Shown here: positions 34,784 through 47,901 of the stretch, in pieces | Numbering within the stretch: position 1 is the first letter of the stretch | Layout: the number at the start of each line of letters is the position of its first letter | Assembly: GCA_001687465.1 (NCBI GenBank) | Contig: LVLI01000281.1 | Span: forward strand, 1-64,000 | Length of the DNA: 64,000 nt | From: Halocafeteria seosinensis | Taxonomy: Eukaryota | Direction of reading: 5' to 3' | Notes under the pieces: generated by a model | Told to the model about the DNA's origin: nothing | Seen by the model: only the letters and a program-made list of their open reading frames with translations | Database searches by the model: none | Program-made: the position numbers and the translations under genes

Positions 34784-35755
34784 CGCTCCCTCCTCCTTTA
34801 TCCTTTGAAATAGCGGTCGTACCTTGTCCTACCAAATGTTAGCGTTGCTTCTCGTTCGTATACCAGGCAACACGGGGCCGTTAACCTTCTTGTCAAGTGG
34901 TCTGGATGTCCAAGAGTGTCGGAACGCGGGCGGCCACAGGCATTCAAAATAAATTATATTTAGACTCTAATCCATTCGATGTCAAACCGACTCTAATCAG
35001 TGATTACCATCACTGTCAACAGTGTCAAGCAACCTGCTGGCAGTGCTGGGGCAATGTACTTGGAACCTCCGCCATGAGTTCACAACTCGTGAGTCAAATT
35101 TTTTATGACTTCGTATCACGAAGTTCGTAATGAATGGTGTCTTCATTGTATTTTACGGTAATATTGCTCGACATGCTACGCGAGAACCTAATGTACGAAA
35201 TCTTCCCGGTATTGGTCAAGCACCCTCATGGTGTGGCACATCGGTATATTTTTGTTAGACCGCCTCAGACTCACTCCTCACTGAACTGCCGCAATGATTG
35301 CATCAGGCTACGTTTGAAAAATTCCCTCTTCAGCAAGAGCGCTAGTGTTGACAAGCTTAGGGAAAAGCAATGCAGGGTAAGCTTCCACGGCGTGAGGATC
35401 CCTTAACTACTGTACAGTTCTTTTCAGCGGGTGGGACCAGGTAGGCCATAATAATATACAACTACTGCATCATATGGTCCATATGGAGAAGACCGCGTTA
35501 TTTGCACCGCAAAGAATTACACGAGGTAAAACAATTCCCTCCACGCTTCGGTCCGCTTTGGACACCCTTCGGGTCTGGTCTTCGCGATACATTCTTGGAG
35601 AAGTGTCCCGGGGTCAGAAATAACAAAAAGGGTGATGTAGGGAGATCCTTAGGGGGATCTTGTTAGTCTACGAAGAGTTAGTGGAATTGTCTTCTGGTTG
35701 TGTAATATGACGGTAGTGCGCACAAGCGTAAAATTGCAAGATAGATGCTGCCGGT

Positions 35756-38700
35756 ATGGGTTTCCTGAAAGCTGGCAAACCCCTGTCTTGGACAGACTCG
35801 CTGGAATATACGCGATATGGTAAGGAACACCACCCAGCGAATTCGAGAATTGGAAGGACACTTACGAAATGACTGTTTTACAGTGAGAGAACAAGGGATT
35901 AAGCAGTTCTTGGATGCGTACTTTAAGATATTGACGAGGAAAAATGATGTCCTACTCTGGGGCGATGAGGTGAGGCAGAGTGTTGTCCAGGTGCTGGTGA
36001 TCTGACGTGTTCAAGGATTTTAAGTGCAGATAGAGTATCATATTGTCCACTTTGACGAGGAAGAAAGGCGACCAAGGGTAGCTCTTGTTGCTCCTCAGGT
36101 ATGTATTGCAGTGCGTGTACGATGTAGAACCACTGAGGCGGCCGTGGAGTTGCGAGCCCTCGTCCAAAGACCTTCCGTAGGCTTGCTTACCAATGATGAA
36201 TTCAGTTTTTTGGTTCGATTGTCTGGAATGGGACTACCTTTGTTCGCCCTTACTTTGTCCCCTGAAGACTCGATTTACTGTGCTATCGACCTGAGGTGTT
36301 GAAGAGGGTTTAGCACCTCACGGGCGCCGACATCCGTGTTGTCTGTAGTGAAATGCGTCATCTTGCTTTTAATTTTTGCGGCTCAGGAAGACAAAAGTGT
36401 ATTACGTGCATGGATGAAATAATTGCAGGTGATCCGTTCTCTTGAACAAAGTAGTGAGGAGGAAACAGCGACCAACAGCGCTTCGAGGAATGATAAGATT
36501 GATCGCCACCTGGAAACGGCATGGAGACCGGAGTATGGAGCTTGGATGGTAGAGGCTACACCAGGGCGTCCTTATGGCAACCTTACGACTGATCTACCCT
36601 TAGTGCAGCTGAATATGGCACGACGGCGTTCGCAAATACAAAAAGCGCTGCATTCTTTAGTGCCTAGTTTGCGTCTAGAGCCATGCTCCATAGTTTGCTT
36701 CCCGATGCTCGGAGTTGGAGACGACTACACTACGCCTAGACTGTCTTTGGGTGGTCCCTATAGTCGTTCGCGGTATTTTTCAGACGGAGCCATATGCCCC
36801 CACCCCAGATTCGGTACTCTGACTGCGAATATCAGGAGACGCAGGGGAGAACGCGTTAACATACTTCTGCCACTTTACCGAGACAGGAATACTGACACCG
36901 ATTCCACAGTTCTTGATCTCGATAATTCTTCTACTGCCACGTGTGTCGATGGGACGGCAGTACAACATGATTACCTGTCCCAAGCTCGACTCGAAGAGGG
37001 CAAAGTGGAAGCAACGGGGGTAAGGCCTGCCGGGTGTCTGGATCATACAAACGAGCTTCAAGCCGAGAAAGAGTCGGGTTTTAAACATGAGGATTTTACA
37101 GGCGATGTAACGAGGTCATGTGATTTCGATACTGATGAAAAAACACGGCTACAGACAGACCTGTTTCCTCACGGTCATGTCCATCTGGATGCGATGGGTT
37201 TTGGGATGGGGTGTTGTTGTCTACAAGTGACGTTTCAAGCAAGAGATGTCAAAGAGTCACGGTACTTGTACGACCAACTAGCGGTACTTTCGCCGCTAGT
37301 AATGGCGCTTACTGCAAATACAGCTATTGTTAGAGGTAGGCTTGTGGACGTCGATACTCGATGGGACGTTATTGCCGCGTCCGTGGATTGCCGAACCTCT
37401 TCCGAACGCAAGGGTGCATTTGGAATGGAAGGATTGGACCATAATGTGGAAACATATGTGTCTCAGCAGAGACGGGATGCCGCGCGACATGCGCCAAATA
37501 ATCGCTTGGTGAATGAGGAGGCAAACAAGTCCGCATCCAAATACACGAGTACAACCGAGCCTCCCGGAACCTTTCCACTAACGTATTGGCAGAAAAATTG
37601 CGAATACACTGCCAACGCTGCAGCTGCTGGATGTAGGCCTCTAAAGAAGAGTCGGTACGGTAGTATTGACCTGTTTATTAGCGATTCGGATGCGTTGCGC
37701 GATGAGTACAATGATGTGTATGTAGAGAAGGATGAGGATGTATACAACGAACTCATAAATGCTGATATTGACTCAAGGTTGGCATCTCACATAAGCCACT
37801 TGTTTGTACGTGACCCGTTGGTCATCTTTTCCGGTAAGTGTGCTGACGTCGGAAAATAAGGAGGTTCTACACAGAGTAAGCTTTTCACCCTCGCAGATAG
37901 GATAAACGTCGAGGATGACCCTCACACAACGGAGCACTTTGAAAATGTCCAGTCCACGAATTGGCACTCTGTTAGATGGAAACCTCCTCCCAGTGGTTCG
38001 GAAGACACCGGTGTTCGCGTAGAATTTAGAACTTTGGAGGCACAATTGACTGACTTTGAAAATGCTGCATTCACAGTGTTCACAGTTCTTGCTTCACGCG
38101 TGATTTTGTTCTTCGACTTAAACTTGTATATACCTATTAGCAAAGTAGATGAAAACTTTGCAAGGGCTCGAACAAAGGACGCTGCCACGGAACAAAAATT
38201 CTTCTTCCGGAAACACGTTGTCCCACTACGCCAGCGATGCCCGGAGATGCAGGAGAAATGGGCTCAGGAAGGCAGCGGAGAATCGGGGGAAACAGAAATG
38301 AGCCTCAACGAGATCCTTCTTGGAAAGCATGATTATCCCGGTCTTATTCCTTTGATATTTGCGTATTTGGATATTATTCAGTGTGATTCAGACACAAGGG
38401 CAATTGTAGACGTTTATATGCGTCTTATCGCGGATCGCGCTCGAGGCAACGTTAAAACAGGAGCTCGTTGGCAACGGGATTTCATCGAGCGGCATCCGCT
38501 ATATAAGGCGAAACAGGATAGTGTTGTTCCGCCTCAGGTTGCGTATGATCTTCTAGAGCAATGCTCAGCTATTGCCAAGGGAGAAGTAGAAGATCAAGAA
38601 CTGCTCGGAGAATATGCAATGGAAGTAGAAAGAGCGCTTCGGCGCAAGGGTGGTGTGGGATGGGACGATCTAGGGAAACGACTCCGGGGCGCGTCCTTTG

Positions 38701-38888
38701 CTGAAGAAGTGTTAAACTCACCTGATTGTGAGGTCGTGCACGAGCTGATAGCCGCACACTGCATGAAACCCGGGTCCACATTTGAGTCGACCCCTGGCTT
38801 TCTGTCTGGGGAGGTGATAGACGACGAACGCTCTGCAGCAGACGACTTGAAGCTAAATGCTTTGGCGTCAAGGTTACAGAGGAGATGA
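35756..38888 (+). CDS. GCLC: Glutamate-cysteine ligase catalytic subunit (animal/fungal-type gamma-GCS); multi-exon
   Basis: MGFLKAGKPLSW, LLWGDE|IEY, WRPEYGAWMVEATPG, HPRFGTLTANIRRRRG, DAMGFGMGCCCLQVTFQ, KSRYGS, HFENVQSTNW, RVEFRTLEAQLTDFENAAF. Confidence 0.95.
36188..36298 (+). ncRNA. Candidate intronic box C/D snoRNA
   Basis: Box C ATGATGA 36193-36199, box D CTGA 36291-36294, terminal stem TACC/GGTG in K-turn register, and an internal CTGA at 36262-36265, all inside the 330-nt GCLC intron 36099-36428. Confidence 0.5.
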
Positions 38889-39508
38889 TGATGGTTTGCA
38901 ACTCCCCTGGTTTTTATGTACTCGTATGCTCCTGTGCAGGACACAGCGATCACAAACTTAGAAGCGTCACCCATAAGTCTAATGTACCTCCGATAATGAA
39001 CACCAGAGAGAGCGGTTTATGCACTCTTTTGCACGGTTGCATCATGCATGAGTATCAACAGTTGACTTGCTACATGCAACGAAGGATAGTCGCGTCCTCC
39101 CAAAATCAAAGCGCTATAAGTTTAGGTTTGAGATTGGCGGGCGGCATTGACTCTTCAAATTGAATCCCCTGTCTGCGATACAACGGGAACTTCGGATTCT
39201 AAGTTTTTTGAATTCCACAGAATTTCCACTCAACCAAACGAAACAATCATTTGTGTACTTCAAACCGAAAGAAACAACAAAAAGGGGTTTTAGGGGGTCT
39301 CGGGTAGGGGGAACCGCCATCAACGCTATACACAGTCCATGCTGCACGCCGAATTGTCCTTGAGAGACTCCTTTTCTGTGGTGGGGTACAGGAGTTTTCT
39401 TGTAATTATTCGACTGCGTTCTTTCAGGGAGTCGCCTCGGCTCCTCCCTCTGTATATCGGTATTGTGTTTCCGAATTTGAACGAAATCACCCCATCTGGT
39501 GGCGTATA

Positions 39509-42500
39509 ATGGCGTTTTCTTCCCAGTATCAGGATGATTCCAGGTACTCTGGCTCAGGGGAGCTGTCTGAAGCCTCCCCACATCAATTGCTGAGCTCATT
39601 ACAGAGTCTGCAGCAGCAATTACAGTTCTTGGAAGGACAATTTGGAGGCGTCTTTGGCAACAATCAGGCACAAATCTCTTCAAATGAGGCGTATAATGAC
39701 GTCCAAGAAGTAACTAGTGACAAGAAAGCTATGGAATGGAGTAGTCCTCAGTCGCACCAATGGCAGCAGTGGAACGAGCAGGCGGGGGAGGAGGTAGAGG
39801 GAGAAGAAGCGTACGGCACGAGTACTAGTCGTGAGGTCTCCTACCAATACCAGGTGCATGAACCGGAGGATGATGATAATGAAGCTGAGGAAGAACTTCA
39901 GCAGTTGCAAGAAAAACTCCAGCATTTGCTTCGACTCAGGGACTATCTGGTGTCCGGAGCTCAAGAAGAAATCCGAGAAAATGCTGGGGCGTATGAGGAC
40001 GAGATGGCATATTTGTCGAATAACACCGACACTCAACGGTGGGTCCAGGACTCGGATCAGCAACAAGGCGATGTACAGTATGGCGAAGAAGGAAGATCAG
40101 GGGACCTAAGAAGGATTGGAGCGACAGAGGCGCAGAACTCCAATGCCATTGGAGACACTCAGAATGTTGCTTCCGGGAACGCACCAGAAGAGTTTGATTT
40201 TCTCTGGCAACTGAGAGAACGAATGTTTGGGAACGAAGCTACAAGTGGAAATCAAAACGAAAAGGAAGGAGATGTGCGCACGGAACAATCGGACCAGGAG
40301 GCCGCCGCCCGAGATTCAGAAGACGTTGAAAAATTGACGCAAGTCCTCAATGACAAGTGGAGTGAATTGGTCCAGATGCGAGATAATCTTGAAAGTTTAG
40401 AGCGTGAACGCAAACAACTTGAAGAGCAAGGACAAAATGAACACAGTGCTCTCACAGCGTCACAAGAGAGCTATGGTACCCTTGAGAAGGATAATGAAGA
40501 TGCTGCTACTGAGCTACAGCAGCAGTCTAAACAATTGCAGACGTTGTTGGAGACTTTAGAGCAGCTACGCTCCCAAAAATCTGAACTCGAGAATCTTATG
40601 GAAACAGTAAACGAATCGCCTGATCTCGTTGAGGAAGGTATAGATGAGAGAAATGGCCCTCAGGCAACTGCTCAGCCACAGCTAGAAGGCAGGGACTCTG
40701 GTGCCCGCACAGCTGCGGAGGAGCAGAGCCGAAAGCTAATCGAGGGTGCCATGGAGCAAGCTAGTAGTGAATCCTACGGCCAAGAAAGCCTACAGGATTC
40801 AATGAACCAACTTCGGTCTCTTTTGGAAGAAAGAAATCGCTTGCAACAGCAGCTGAGCCAGCTACGCGAAGAAGCTTCGGAGAAAGAAGAGACGCTTATA
40901 ATTGAGAATGGACAGAACGGGGAAGTAGATACCGAGGAAGTTGAATACAGCGACGATTTCGAATCCGTCAGCTCTCTTGGAGAATCACGCCCCGCACAAC
41001 ACGAGGCGGAATCGGGAGGAAATAGTAATGTTACGGACCAGATCTCATCAAGTAACCAACTTTCCAGCATCATGGAACAGCTTCGGAGTCAATTTATGAG
41101 GGAACAATCGCCCCGCCATGACGAAACAATAAATAGCTATGAATCGCATTCTGGAGAGGACCAGAGGCCGAATTTTGCTCATCAGGACAAGTCATCGCTC
41201 TCGAAGGAGCCACAGGCACATCAGACACGGCACGGGTCGTTAGACTCCTCCGAACGTAACGAGAGTGGACACAACTATTTGGCGTCTCCTGCGACAAAGG
41301 ACCTCGATAGTAGTGCTGAGATATCGTTTGCAATCAGTCCCGATGTAGAAAGAACAGGTGATGGGGATGATGAAAGCGTGGAGAGCCAACAAAGCAGCCA
41401 CAGTTCCAATTTCGAGGTTAATTTAAGCCCTAACCACAATTTGAATGCCGATTTTGATAACGAAGCGTTCGCGGCTGGGAAAACGCATTCGAGACCACCT
41501 CCTATGCCACGGGCGAACCCGATGGATTGGCTTAAGGTGCAGAGGTCGGAATCACGAGCTCCTCCAGATGACTCCTCGGAATCATCTTCTGCCTTAAGTG
41601 TCGAGTCAGAGAACAGTGCTGTCCAGACCCGTATACTACGACTTGTGGAATCATTGTTGCAAAAGGCGAATACATCTAGTGAGGGCAATGGTCGACACCA
41701 GCCTGTTGTTGGGGGACTCCTTCTGGAAGTTCTCCGGGACTTGAGAAAGCTACCTTCTAATCTCTTGCAGCAACCTGAATTTGCTAAGTCTGTGGCAATG
41801 CAAACGAAGAGTGCTATCCGTCATACTGCAAAACAGCTAAAAAGTACTGCTTCAGACAAACGCAGTGAAGGTGTTCGTCGCAGTACCGGATCGACCGCCG
41901 ATGAGAGCGTCTCTACAGTAGATTTGGAGGATTCGCATGAGGTCCGTAGCTCCCGTAAAAGAAGCAAACATCCGGGTGTGGCGCGTATCCCTGCCCCCAA
42001 ACATCGTTCTAGCGACTCATCGCGCTCTAGTGATATCGAGTCGAACAGCGATACCAGCGCTGATGACCATCATGCCCGAGTCTATCCTCTCCCACAGAGT
42101 GTTACCGGGAGCCAGGATGTTCCCGTTTCAGCTCTATCGTCTGTGTTAAGATCGGTCGATACACTCAATGAGCGTCTAACAGAAATGAAAATACTTCCGG
42201 GAGAAAATGGTAAGGAATATGAGAATGAGCCTTTCGATTACGCTGAAAGCGTAGAAACATCACATGCACCTCCAAGTTCTCCCCAAGCTTCTGGGTCAAC
42301 CCGGAACGAAAGTGATGATGACACTCTGTCGTACAACTACTTACAATCGGAAGCTCTCCAATGGCGAGATAATGTATGGGATGATGACGATGGACAAAAC
42401 AACTCTGAAACATCGTCTTCAGTTGATTCAAGCATCATACCAGATAATGACACTTCTGGATACACTGGTTTCCGACGGGCCTCGTGCAATTATGCGGAAA

Positions 42501-43398
42501 GTGTTAAAAGTCATGAAGACTCTGAGGTGTTATCCGAGGGCTTAGAGTCGAAGAACGATGAGGAAATTGGCGGCTACTCCTCATCTCAGCAAGGCTTCGA
42601 AACAAAATTCGAGGAGATCCAGGGCTATCTTAACAGGCTACGAGGTGTGTGGAATATACAGTCGCCTTCTAAACTGGAAGATGGTGCTGCGGCCCCTACA
42701 AATCCATCGGACGCCTATTCTGAGGATGCTTCTTGGAGTTTTACATCAGATTGGAACAGCACTGGTGCGCGCGCAGGTTCTTTCCCTTCGACATTGGACG
42801 GTGAGAAAACAGTCCCTACGGAGCAGAGAGACACAGCTCTACCAGTGATGCTCAAGGAAGGAGACGTATCTAGTTGGGAAGCTCGAAGTGATTCAGACGA
42901 CCGTGCAAGCATTGAAAACTTGATTAAGTCTCGCGGTGGGGCTGACCGCAAGAAGAGGTTCCAAGCAGTTAAAAGGCAGCGGGGAACGTCATCTTATGCT
43001 GCCCGAAGAGTAGACGGTGCCTCAGAACGGTATCATCCACACAAGTCAGGTGGGTGGGTTAATGGTAAAAGTACTGCTGGGGTATAGGTGTCATTTCGTT
43101 ATTATTACGAGGTACAGGAATACCACATCGTCCTGCTCGGGTACCGAGGCGCCGGCGTCCTCCTGGTTCGTATGATTCTACGAACTATACGGATAATGTC
43201 CCGAAAGGAAACACGATTGCAGAACTGCGTGAACTGTGGAACTCCTCCCGGGTTCCACCCAGGGTCGACGAAGGTCGTGCCTATAAAGATGAAAACGGTG
43301 CGCGAAGTCTTCGCGATCATCAGCAACACTTAAACTCACTTTTAGACCGGTTAGATTCGTTTGAAGATGAGTTTTCTGTGCTTTTCAGGGAGAGTTGA
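39509..43398 (+). CDS. Uncharacterised acidic coiled-coil/low-complexity protein (about 1270 aa)
   Basis: 1192-aa ORF with repeated Q/E/L coiled-coil segments. A probable intron (about 43051-43117, GTGGGT...GTACAG) joins a final exon GIPHRPARV...LFRES* ending at 43398. Confidence 0.7.
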
Positions 43399-44009
43399 TC
43401 ATTAGATATGAAGCGTTTTCTTCGTTGCTCATTCAAGTCACTCCAACACTGTAGGTGCGACCTCGCATGTGGCGTCGCCGTTCACTTGTCGACATATCAT
43501 GGAATGGAATAGGGTTCAGATGTAAATTATGGTTGGCTCGCGGACTTTGAGAGCGTTTCCATATGCAATATGCAACCGGACGAAAACAGTACCCTACTAG
43601 GAAACCGGAAGAAAATGAGAGCTGCTATGCAATTTCCCAGTCAATTCATTTGGAAGCACTGATTGGTGCTGGCCCAGACCGTTTAAAGTGCCCAAACCGT
43701 ATGTATGAGCATCCCCGCCGTTCTGGCATACAACTGTCTGAAACCCTATGCCTCGTGCTTTCTTCAAGATGAGTACAATAGAATTGCTGTACCACATCAA
43801 CTGTTTCTCTCTGAAAGATGATAATGAACCAATAGCAGCCCGTCGCTTCGTTCTGGTCGATACATAAATACGTTCTACTCTGGTCCCATGTGTACTTCAT
43901 AACCGTATTAACTGGTACCGAATATTGCAATTGTGGCTGGTAGGTAGAAAGAAAGGGTTCACGTGTGCTGTTTGTGCAGTCTTGTCGGACATCGAGACAT
44001 TCTATCGAA

Positions 44010-47000
44010 CTACGACAGATGGTTCCCTCCAGTGCTTTTCATGCGAACGGGTGCAAGGCGTTTAGGCTTCGGCGTAGTCGACAAATCAATCAGATGCCGG
44101 AGTGTAGGGCGGCCATGGGGACAATTCCAAGGTCTTTCTAAGGCCGATAAGTTCTGCACAATGCTTTCCATTTTAGATTTTTCTAGTGCGCGTCCAATCA
44201 TTACTGAACTTCGACAAGCTCTGGAGGCAAACATTGACTGAGTTTTAGGCAAACGAGCAACGTTACCATTAGAGTCACCATTAACGGAGTATTGCCTATC
44301 AGATAGCAACGATGCCAACTCATGTATATCTGCATTCATGAAATTGTTACATAAAAGCAATGCTGGATAGTTTTCTTCATCGTACCTTCCACGCCAAACT
44401 GAGTGTTTTTGGAAAATGGGAGCGCAGTCAGTTTCGCTCTCCTGCCGGAAGGCTGATCCGGAGACACGGAGAAATGGAATCCATTCATTTTGAAGGTGTT
44501 CAAATTTTCTAGAATAATGTTCTCCTCCGAAGGCGTCAACTCAAGTATTTGAGGACTGCAAACGGTCGCAACCAGGTAATTTTTGCCTGGTATCGACAAT
44601 CAGCGCAAGACCTTACCGAATCAGGGGTTGTTCATGAAGCTGAGTCGTTTGCTGCAATCGCTCGAAATTAGCTATTTCATCTGAAGCATGCTGATCAATG
44701 ATAAATAAGTCCGGTGTACTGCTCAGACGAGTAATGATGAAGCCTCGATTGAATTGCCCCAGTACCGACATGCGGAGGAACTTATCCTGCACCAGTCGCA
44801 CATTCAAGGCAGCTAAACAACAAGCAGCTACCGGTTGAGAAATGGAAAACCTACCTTGTCCAACATCCGCGTTAGTGCACTTTCCGCGGCTTCTTTAGCT
44901 TCCCCGTCACCAGCTTCTCGTGCGCTGGAAGACACGCCTACGGCAGCATCTATTCCTTCAAAAATACCGGCAGTTAGAGAGGACATGTCACTGGACGTAG
45001 CAACACGCCGGTTTTCCAGTTCCGACATATTAGGAGTCATTACGATATCGGCAGACTGCGGGACACTAGAGGCTGCGTCTCGATGAGAGTGACCGGCATC
45101 ACCATCTGAGGCTGTGCGCTGGATCTTCCGTGGCGTATCCGCAACTGAGGTCTCAATAACCCTCCGCTTGCTATGCGTTACGCATTTAGAATCGGAAAGT
45201 TGGTGTGGCGAAGCTGGTACCGAGTCTTCATCTAATTCTTTGGTTTCACCGGAGGATCGTCGCCTAGCAGGCGCCTCAACCAAAACATCCGAGTCAGCGT
45301 TTGCACGACACTCCGCATTGTTGGCCTCCATCGTGGGGGATTCCGCTTCGGCATCGTCAAGAACGTCTGGCGATGCCACAGTTGAACCAACATCCGCACT
45401 AGTCACTAGCGTGTTGACCGCCATCGAGGAAGACGCTTCTTCGTCATTATCAACCGCTTTTGAAGGTTCCCCATGAACCAGGGAAGCCTCAGCAGAGACA
45501 GGAATATTTGAACTAGCATCCGCACCTGAGCTCGCCATGCTGACGGCCACAGAGGACGGTTCCGTTCGGCCATCAGAACTCACGTGTGAAGACGTCACAT
45601 TGATATCGGCACTTTGACGGGGAGGGGCAGCCCCGCACTTAGTGTGATCATGGGCACTAGAACTAGTATGAGGAACAACTGTCACTTGGTCAGTTACTGC
45701 AACGTTAGACTGGACCTCTGGATTCGACACTGAAGTCGTTTGCAGATCCGTGTCAATGGAGGACGACGAGGCCGTTGAGGATCCGAACTCTCTCAGTGTT
45801 CCCTCAGCGTTTGACTGGGGCATACTGGAAAAGTCCAGCGTCTTCGCAGAAGCTGCGGTATCTTCTTCGTTCTCTAACAGTGAAATTGTTTCGGAAGTAC
45901 TCGTCGATGCCGACCCTGGCGGCGAGGAGGATGGAAATGACAGCATCGAGTTTGCTTGCATCGTTCTCCTTGAAGGTTGCCACAATGAGTGCAATCGTTC
46001 CTTTAAGCCGCATATTATCGCATTTTCACCAGTTAAGAATACTTCACGTTTGTCAGGAGTAACATTTACGTCAAAGGAGTCGGGTTCCAAATTAAAGTTA
46101 AGAACGAATGCCGGCTTTCGTTTCATTTCGTACTGTCTCCACGTGTCATTGATAGCCTTGGTGACCCTGGGAATATCCACTGGTCTTCCGTTAATAAAGA
46201 GGAACTGCCTATCAGTCGTAGATCTACCAATTCCTTGATCCGGCATCGACACGAATCCCACAGCGTATTGCCCGGTTGGACTCTTTTCCTGTGATGACGG
46301 CTTTAAGTGCTGAGGAGTGGAGGATGACGAGCCATTCGTGTGAGTGTAACTAAGGTGGCTGAGCGAGGAAGATTCTTCGTCATTCGGGCTAGGGTCCTTG
46401 TCCTCGTCCTGGAATCGGCTTATAGAGTCATCAAGATCTAGATTAAATGATATGAGGCCGTTCAAAAACTTTGGCCCGAAGACGTTACTGATGTTGTCCT
46501 TCAGTTTCAGGCTTCCTTGACTTGCGACTGCAAGCTGTTTATCGGGTGTGCTCCTGACGGAGCTTTTCTTATTCATACCGCTACTAAGAGACCCTGACCC
46601 AATTTCAACACATCCTTCACTCTTGTTCTGTTCAGACGTAGAAGTCGAGACTGTGCACTTAATTCTCACTCCTACCGCAATCAGGGCATATGATTGTAAC
46701 AAACGGAGAAGTTTGCTGTATTCTCGTTTCACGCTGCGAAGTAGTTCTTTCCTCCTAACTGGAAGAGAGGCAAACAGCTTTCTCAAAGTCACGGTTGTTC
46801 CGCGCGATCTTGCCTTGGGTTTCTTGGCCAGCAACTTTGCATCATGATCGTATTCGAGGCATGTTCCTACCGAGTCATTCTTGCTACAGGTCGTGATTAT
46901 TAGCTTCTCCGACAGTGAACATAAGGATGCTAGTGCTTCTCCCCTGTGTGGTTTGTTCATTTGGGCATCCAGAAATTGGTCCCTCATATTTCAGGCTTCG

Positions 47001-47576
47001 CTTACCTAAATCCGAGTGTGCTGGTAGACGTGATTTCTTGAAACTGACGGATTTTGCTGGTATGATGCTTATTTACCAAGGAGTCGAAATCGTCAGAATC
47101 AATTCCAGTCCCTGCATCCCATGAAAAGATTGTACCATGTTGTGTCATTCTCGTGCTGTTTTGCCGTACCATTGTCCGTCACTTCTATGCAGTCAGCTCC
47201 ATAATTTTGCAGGTGAATATCGATTCGCGTGGATTCGGCATCCTACCAATAAAAAAAAAATGCGAAACATCTTTTCATGACATTGCATTTCCCACCAATG
47301 TGTATACAGCCAGCTAGCGCTTACCAAAGCATTCTCAACCAATTCCTTAACGGCGTTAGGGAGCGACGCAATGACTTGCGCGCTCGAAATGCGCGACGCA
47401 CAAGTTTTATTCAGCTCCTTGACTCGACTGGCACTCTGTGGCGTACGGTCATTTTTTCCTGGAGTACGGGTTGTGGAGGAGGCGCTTCCTGCGGTAGTGG
47501 TAGAGGACGGCGTTCGAGAAGGCGTCGTTCCGGTTCCAGTCTCCATAGTCTGTGGGACGCGTTTATACGCGTCCAT
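44010..47576 (-). CDS. PMS2: DNA mismatch repair endonuclease PMS2 (yeast Pms1), MutL family; multi-exon
   Basis: AVKELVENAL|DA, GFRGEALASL, FDVNVTPDKREV, LGQFNRGFII, DQHASDEIANFE (DQHA-x2-E-x4-E), ASRACRSSVMIG and WNCPHGRPT. Start may be 47576 or 47546. Confidence 0.95.
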
Positions 47577-47901
47577 TGTCCTGCTCCTCTCTGGTGTTAC
47601 TAGTAGTAGTTATTGTTGTTGTTGTTAGTGGGGCAAGGGGTGCCTGAACGACCCAAATAAACACGATTGAACTGCAATCCAGATTTCAAATTTTCCAACA
47701 ACAAGTTGAAGTAGGAGGGAACCAAGTTGCTATCTATCTACAGACTGCAGTATGGTCAGAGAACGTGGCGGTCAACGCGGAGTTGAAGCACTGAAGCTCT
47801 TGGGCTCGTGTGAATTTATTCCAAGCGTAACAGCAAGGCTATCGAGCTGGAACAAACCAACCATACAGAGAAATGGTAAAGTTTCGGCGGAAGACACAGC
47901 A

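Noticed and set aside
36241..36256. TTCGCCCTTACT resembling U5 snRNA loop 1 (GCCUUUUAC)
   Set aside because: The invariant loop sequence differs and there is no enclosing stem.
39509..43398. Possible PCM1-like centrosomal protein
   Set aside because: Only compositional resemblance; no diagnostic motif recognised.
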